From an uncultured Pelagibacteraceae bacterium (GTDB taxonomy: Bacteria; Pseudomonadota; Alphaproteobacteria; Pelagibacterales; Pelagibacteraceae), in the NCBI GenBank assembly GCA_902617645.1, contig CACMXM010000001.1, positions 14,187-78,186 of the forward strand: a stretch of DNA of 64,000 nucleotides, given 5' to 3'. This document shows, piece after piece, positions 62,118-64,000 of the stretch. The position numbers were made by a program, and so were the translations under genes. The number at the start of each line of letters is the position of its first letter. The stretch's first letter is position 1. The notes below the pieces were generated by a model, which was given only the letters and a program-made list of their open reading frames with translations, had not been told where the DNA came from and ran no database searches.

Positions 62118-63209
62118 TTATTTTAATGTTGCTGCGTGAGCCATTCCTAGCTTAGCATTTGACATTTGAGCACCACTCCAAAATGGAACAGCAATATCTG
62201 CAAACTCTTTCATCGAATTATAAACTTCGTTGAAAAATGCATTTTCTTTAGCATTTTTATTTAGAGATGCTTTTGCTGCAGCCATGTACTCCGTAAAGTA
62301 GTCTGTAGGAGTATCTTCTAAAATAACTCCATGCTTAGTAGTCAATTCTTTTAAAGCTTTTCCATTTTCATAGATTCTATAGCTTAAAGATTTAGCTAAT
62401 GAGGCATTAGCAGCTACTTCAAGAGATTTTTTCTCGTGAGCAGTCATAGCGTTATAAGTTTTGCCAGTTATATAAAAATCAGCATTTACGACTACTTGGT
62501 GTAAACCTTGTAGGTAATAGTGTTTAAGAACCTTTTGGAAACCAAATGTTAGATCTGGCTTAGGACAACACCACTCAGCAGCATCAATCGTACCTGCTTC
62601 AAGTGCTGGAAGAATGTCTCCACCACCCATAGCAACAGATGCTATACCAATATCTTTGTAAGTTTGACCTGGTATTCCAGGAGGAGTTCTGAATTTATAT
62701 TTTCTAAAGTCAGCCATACTTTTTATTGGTTTTGGAAACCAACCCAAAGCTTCTGGACCAACTGGTTGAATCATAAATCCTTTAATGTCCCTACCCATTT
62801 CTTTCCAAAGTCTGTCATATAATTCTTTACCACCGCCATATTGGAACCATGATAAGAATGCTATATTATCTATACCTACTCCACCACCAGCTACAGGCGA
62901 ACCAAATAGCATAGCAGCTGGATGATCTCCGGACCAATAGTGTGTCCAAGCAAATCCGCAGTCAATTAATCCCTTATCAACAGCATCTAATGTTTCTTTT
63001 ACTCCAACAACTGCACCTGCTGGTAATATTTCAAACTTTAGAGATCCGTCAGTAAGAGTCGTAACTGTGTCAGTAAAGTCTTTTAACATTTTAACTTCAT
63101 CAGCCTTAGTATTAAGCACTGTCTGACATTTAAGTGTTTTCGCATTAGCATTTGATATAAAACCAAGTACTAAAAACGTAGCAAACACTAATGAAATGAT
63201 TTTTTTCAT
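62118..63209 (-). CDS. TRAP transporter substrate-binding protein (DctP; TakP/monocarboxylate-2-oxo-acid-like subfamily)
   Basis: Signal peptide ending ANA; AGAVV...DAV..G..D, YWSG, GWF.KPI.S..D, conserved Arg in KFRTPPG, and ILPALE.GTIDAAEW. SD-like GAGGG upstream. Confidence 0.93.
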   Translation of the reverse strand: MKKIISLVFATFLVLGFISNANAKTLKCQTVLNTKADEVKMLKDFTDTVTTLTDGSLKFEILPAGAVVGVKETLDAVDKGLIDCGFAWTHYWSGDHPAAMLFGSPVAGGGVGIDNIAFLSWFQYGGGKELYDRLWKEMGRDIKGFMIQPVGPEALGWFPKPIKSMADFRKYKFRTPPGIPGQTYKDIGIASVAMGGGDILPALEAGTIDAAEWCCPKPDLTFGFQKVLKHYYLQGLHQVVVNADFYITGKTYNAMTAHEKKSLEVAANASLAKSLSYRIYENGKALKELTTKHGVILEDTPTDYFTEYMAAAKASLNKNAKENAFFNEVYNSMKEFADIAVPFWSGAQMSNAKLGMAHAATLK

Positions 63210-63318
63210 TATTTTCCCTCTTTCTTGTTAAATTTAAGTTCATTATCCTCTCAAAAAAAAGCATATGTTACAAGTGACAAATATTTTATTTTTAAGTCAA
63301 AAAACGTTAATAATAACT

Positions 63319-64000
63319 ATGGATGAATTTGATTATATTATAATTGGCGCTGGTTCAGCAGGCTGTGTCCTAACTAATAGGCTTATTAAATCAGGAAAAT
63401 ATAAAGTTCTTTTATTAGAAGCAGGTGGAAAAGATAATTATCCTTGGATACATATTCCAGTTGGTTATTATAAAACGATGCACAATCCAAAGACTGATTG
63501 GTGTTTTAAAACTGAACCAGACGAGACAATGGAAAATGTTTCAATCCCCTATCCTAGAGGAAAAACCTTGGGCGGAAGTTCGTCAATAAACGGTCTTCTC
63601 TATATAAGAGGACAAGAGCAGGACTATGATCTATGGAGACAACTCGGGAACAAAGGTTGGAGTTGGAGGGAAGTTCTTCCTTATTTTATTAAAGCAGAGG
63701 ATCAAGAAAGAGGTCAAAGTGAGTATCATGGCCAAGGTGGCCCTCTTTCAGTTTCAGATCAGAGAATAAAATTGGATATTTTAGATGTTTTTCAAAATGC
63801 AGCGAGCGAAGTGGGAATCCCAAAAGTGGATGATTTCAATAGAGGTGATAATTTTGGTTGTGGTTATTTTCAAGTTACTGAAAGAAATGGTTTAAGATGT
63901 AGTGCAGCAGTTGGCTATCTAAATCCTATAAAAAATAACAAAAATTTAAAAATAGAAACTAAATGTCATGTTCAGAAAATAAATTTTGAAAAGAACAAAG
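63319..64000 (+). CDS. GMC-family FAD oxidoreductase (choline dehydrogenase-like; HpdH/DddA-like subgroup), 5' part, runs off the window
   Basis: Not in the ORF track. My translation: MDEFDYIIIGAGSAGCVLTNRL...LLLEAGGKDNYPWIHIPVGY...NPKTDWCFKTE...PRGKTLGGSSSING..YIRG. The frame is open to the window end. Confidence 0.93.
   Translation, partial: MDEFDYIIIGAGSAGCVLTNRLIKSGKYKVLLLEAGGKDNYPWIHIPVGYYKTMHNPKTDWCFKTEPDETMENVSIPYPRGKTLGGSSSINGLLYIRGQEQDYDLWRQLGNKGWSWREVLPYFIKAEDQERGQSEYHGQGGPLSVSDQRIKLDILDVFQNAASEVGIPKVDDFNRGDNFGCGYFQVTERNGLRCSAAVGYLNPIKNNKNLKIETKCHVQKINFEKNK

Noticed and set aside
1-64000. CRISPR arrays, IS elements, rRNA, metabolite riboswitches, defence systems, phase-variable homopolymer tracts
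   Set aside because: I saw no repeat-spacer arrays, transposase or integrase motifs, or rRNA-like sequence. The many A/T runs of 8-10 nt are poly-Lys/Phe codons in intact ORFs, as expected at this base composition. A covariance-model scan would be needed to fully exclude small RNAs.

Overview
This AT-rich, very gene-dense 64 kb window is chromosomal DNA from a streamlined alphaproteobacterium. Gene content, gene order, composition and near-zero intergenic spacing point to Ca. Pelagibacter/SAR11 (inference). About 85% is core genome: eno(partial)-kdsA-pyrG-secG-tpiA, ppiD-trpEGDC-lexA-gltX, a ~35 kb minus-strand run (nuoA-N, birA, coaX, rnj, proS, lolC/E-lolD, dnaE, rpsB, tsf, frr, uppS, cdsA, dxr, bamA, skp, fabZ, lpxD, lpxA, lpxI, lpxB), and tRNA-Leu-tig-clpP-clpX-lon-tRNA-Val-tRNA-Asp. 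Accessory-looking parts are a two-gene islet (FkbM methyltransferase plus GT4 glycosyltransferase) behind tRNA-Asp and the last ~9 kb. That end region holds DUF1289, a family-5 UDG, ybgC, DUF3047, three microproteins missed by the ORF track, a small lipoprotein, an SDR, an NCS1 permease, a TRAP transporter and a divergent partial GMC oxidoreductase. I saw no integrase, transposase, prophage, CRISPR array or defence system, so I cannot claim a clearly novel large system. The best leads are a TRAP+GMC(+NCS1+SDR) scavenging module possibly for 3-hydroxypropionate-like acids, the microprotein cluster, a four-half-site LexA operator array, a Fur-like box upstream of nuoA, the tRNA-Asp islet, and the clean absence of pyrH and rseP from their usual positions. 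All protein calls rest on motif and family recognition by eye, not on database searches.
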